Source: Eubacteriales bacterium (GTDB lineage: Bacteria; Bacillota; Clostridia; Oscillospirales; CAG-382). From it: a stretch of DNA of 64,000 nt. The notes beneath the pieces were generated by a model that worked only from the letters and a program-made list of their open reading frames with translations, ran no database searches and was not told the origin of the DNA. The stretch covers positions 2,971 through 66,970 of the forward strand of contig JAZQFS010000016.1 in the NCBI GenBank assembly GCA_045539625.1, read 5' to 3'. The first letter of the stretch is position 1. Each line of letters begins with the position of its first letter. The translations under genes were made by a program, and so were the position numbers. Below, one piece after another: positions 62,368 through 64,000 of the stretch.

Positions 62368-63153
62368 TTATTTTATTCTTTCATCTAACAGTTTATAAGG
62401 TTTTATACCCTTTATTTCAGGCGGAGTATCCATGTATATTTTTTCATCACCGATATCTTCAAGAAAATTTGTAACAACTTTTTCACAAGATTCTCGCAAA
62501 GAAAACAATGTTGTTTTAATATCAGAATTTTTGCTTAAATAGTCACTAAACGAACTTAAAACAACATCAATCACGTCACAAAGATGAACACATAAATATC
62601 TATCAATGTAATACGCATTTGCGGTAATCATTGCTTTGTTAAAATTTAATTTCAGCACAAACGTGTTATCTGATACTCGATGTCGGTAGAGATTCCATTT
62701 CATCTGTTCGGGCGTACAATGGCTATAATTATTTAATCCATTTCTTATTAATTTTCTATATTCGCCTAAAGGGGTTGACTCATCTATTGTTTGTCCCTCG
62801 GTCCAATACTTTGCTGCCTCACTAGCCTTTAACTCTCCATAATACCACTTTATTGCCATTTCTTCACTGGCGGCTACTGCGGCAAAGCAGTCAAGTGCAT
62901 CTTCCATAGCTCTCAGCATTGTGATGGCGGATGAATGATACCCTGCACCATTTATTATTCCGACACTATCAAGAATACCCAGCAAATGCAAAATAATAGC
63001 CGAAGACGCTGTACGAGAATCTTCAGAATAATTATTCGAAAAAGGTTCTTCGCTGAATATGTTCCATAGCAACTTTGATGCTTGCTGTATAGGACTTGTT
63101 ATTCCTACTGTATCGCTATATGGAGATTGTAATCTCTCGTTGAGTACATTCAT
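62368..63153 (-). CDS. hypothetical all-alpha protein (AbiV/DUF5677-like by eye, weak)
   Basis: RBS AAGAGGAA before the ATG at 63153. Motifs AITMLRAMEDALDCFAAVA and LNNYSHCTPEQ resemble that helical family. Confidence 0.5.
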   Translation of the reverse strand: MNVLNERLQSPYSDTVGITSPIQQASKLLWNIFSEEPFSNNYSEDSRTASSAIILHLLGILDSVGIINGAGYHSSAITMLRAMEDALDCFAAVAASEEMAIKWYYGELKASEAAKYWTEGQTIDESTPLGEYRKLIRNGLNNYSHCTPEQMKWNLYRHRVSDNTFVLKLNFNKAMITANAYYIDRYLCVHLCDVIDVVLSSFSDYLSKNSDIKTTLFSLRESCEKVVTNFLEDIGDEKIYMDTPPEIKGIKPYKLLDERIK

Positions 63154-63341
63154 ATTAATTCCTCTTTTGTTCAAACTATAATAACATATATTATATCAAA
63201 AGCATATTAATAAATCTGCCCATTTCTCATAAATACACTATTTATTCAATACTTGATATTGTATCAGTTCTTTTTATGCTTTCATTATATAACAATTCTA
63301 GTGCAAAAACCATATAGTTTCGAAAAACATTTTATGACAAA

Positions 63342-63418
63342 AACTACCACCCAAGTCCATCACGACTTAGGTGGTAGTTCTTCTATAAATGCAAAGACAT
63401 TCCTGACAATATGCAGGG
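63342..63418. repeat. hairpin-tail module B; serves as the island-supplied terminator of ssrA
   Basis: On the minus strand, ACTACCACC...GGTGGTAG followed by TTTTT, about 50 nt after the ssrA CCA end. Confidence 0.65.
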
Positions 63419-63435
63419 TTCGACTTTGCGTGTTA

Positions 63436-63789
63436 TGGTGGAGGCGGCGGGAATCGAACCCGCGTCCGAAAATCCATTCATACACCTTTCTACGAGCGTA
63501 GTTTGTTGTTAAAATTCCCCTCACAGCCCATCAACAAACAAACGGGCAGGGAAGGTAGCTTCATAAGTTCATGCCACGGCTCAAAGCTTTGCCATGTTCA
63601 CGTTCACTGCTAATGTGACACCGAGTTTCGGGCCGCAGTACTCCCGAAGTCGATGACGCCGCACTTAGGCAGCGTAAGCTAATCTGTTATTGTTAGCGTT
63701 TATTTTTAGTGTGTGGCGTTTTAAAGAGCTTCCACAACCTCTGCTCGCTTAGCATACTTCAAAATCCCCGTCGAAACCTTGGCGCCCCC
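63436..63789 (-). ncRNA. ssrA: transfer-messenger RNA
   Basis: Minus strand starts GGGGGCGCCAAGGTTTCGACGGGGATTTTGAAG and ends GCGGGTTCGATTCCCGCCGCCTCCACCA. The internal tag reading frame GCT AAC AAT AAC AGA TTA GCT TAC GCT GCC TAA gives ANNNRLAYAA. Confidence 0.93.
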
Positions 63790-63828
63790 GTATGGACGCA
63801 TTGAAAGGACAGCCTTCAAAGCATATAT

Positions 63829-63857
63829 ATTTTACCATTTATATCGACGGCTGTCAA
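63829..63857 (-). promoter_or_regulatory. ssrA promoter
   Basis: Minus strand: TTGACA, 17-nt spacer, TAAAAT, about 40 nt upstream of the mature 5' end. Confidence 0.6.
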
Positions 63858-64000
63858 GTTAAATAAATGTTACATCACGGCTTGTTTTGCCGATTTTTGG
63901 CGAGGCGATGGGTTTTTGTGTGTATATTTCACTAAATGTGAACGACTTTGTGATACAAATTGCCAAAAATACTTTTGTTTATAATGCTTCTATTGACACG

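Larger units (their letters stand above)
40133..63435. mobile_element. ~23.3-kb integrative element inserted at the 3' CCA end of ssrA (large serine recombinase at the left end)
   Basis: It is bounded by TGGTGG at both ends. Joining the two ends gives an attP-like site with inverted arms. The content is more AT-rich than the core, and it carries recombinases, an XRE/Cro-like switch, toxin and defence-like cargo. Confidence 0.65.

Noticed and set aside
63253-63501. 82-aa ORF overlapping the 3' end of ssrA
   Set aside because: It runs across repeat module B and into the tmRNA gene on the opposite strand, so it is spurious.

Overview
64-kb window from a Firmicute. SLH, cohesin/dockerin, ECF and GH genes suggest a gut Oscillospiraceae/Ruminococcus-like organism; this is inference only. 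nt 1-36.4 kb looks like core chromosome. It carries a 5'-truncated TPR/STAND-like gene, a Lon protease with two tandem AAA+ modules, two phosphohexomutases, a P-II-like/DUF1538 pair, coaX plus an ECF S component, a GH38 mannosidase, rnhA, dnaX, truA, ecfT, a TSCPD protein, proS, an RlmA-like methyltransferase, a GH3 gene broken by one in-frame TAG, an FAD protein bracketed by inverted hairpin-array repeats, two very large surface proteins and an MFS transporter. nt 36.6-63.4 kb is visibly more AT-rich. I read it as a composite island inserted at the 3' CCA end of the tmRNA gene (ssrA, 63436-63789, minus strand). It consists of a 3.4-kb integrase-less segment with an SLH/S1-protease gene, flanked by 49-57 bp direct repeats of the ssrA end plus its terminator. 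Next to it is a ~23-kb element bounded by attL (40084-40132) and attR (63436), whose attP can be rebuilt from the two ends. The 23-kb element carries a large serine recombinase and an operon of HTH-VbhA antitoxin, Fic toxin and a nuclease-NACHT (STAND) NTPase. It also carries an XRE/Cro-like regulatory switch, a tyrosine recombinase next to a 225-bp IR-flanked invertible promoter, and a small peptide followed by three cohesin-module surface proteins (SLH anchor, LRR protein, 1533-aa dockerin cargo). Three AT-rich cassettes of unknown membrane, ParA-like and Zn-finger proteins follow, delimited by repeated hairpin-tail modules. A type I toxin-antitoxin-like locus with two convergent consensus promoters lies between proS and rlmA. 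No CRISPR array, rRNA or tRNA was seen. All calls come from reading the sequence and ORF translations only; no database search was run.
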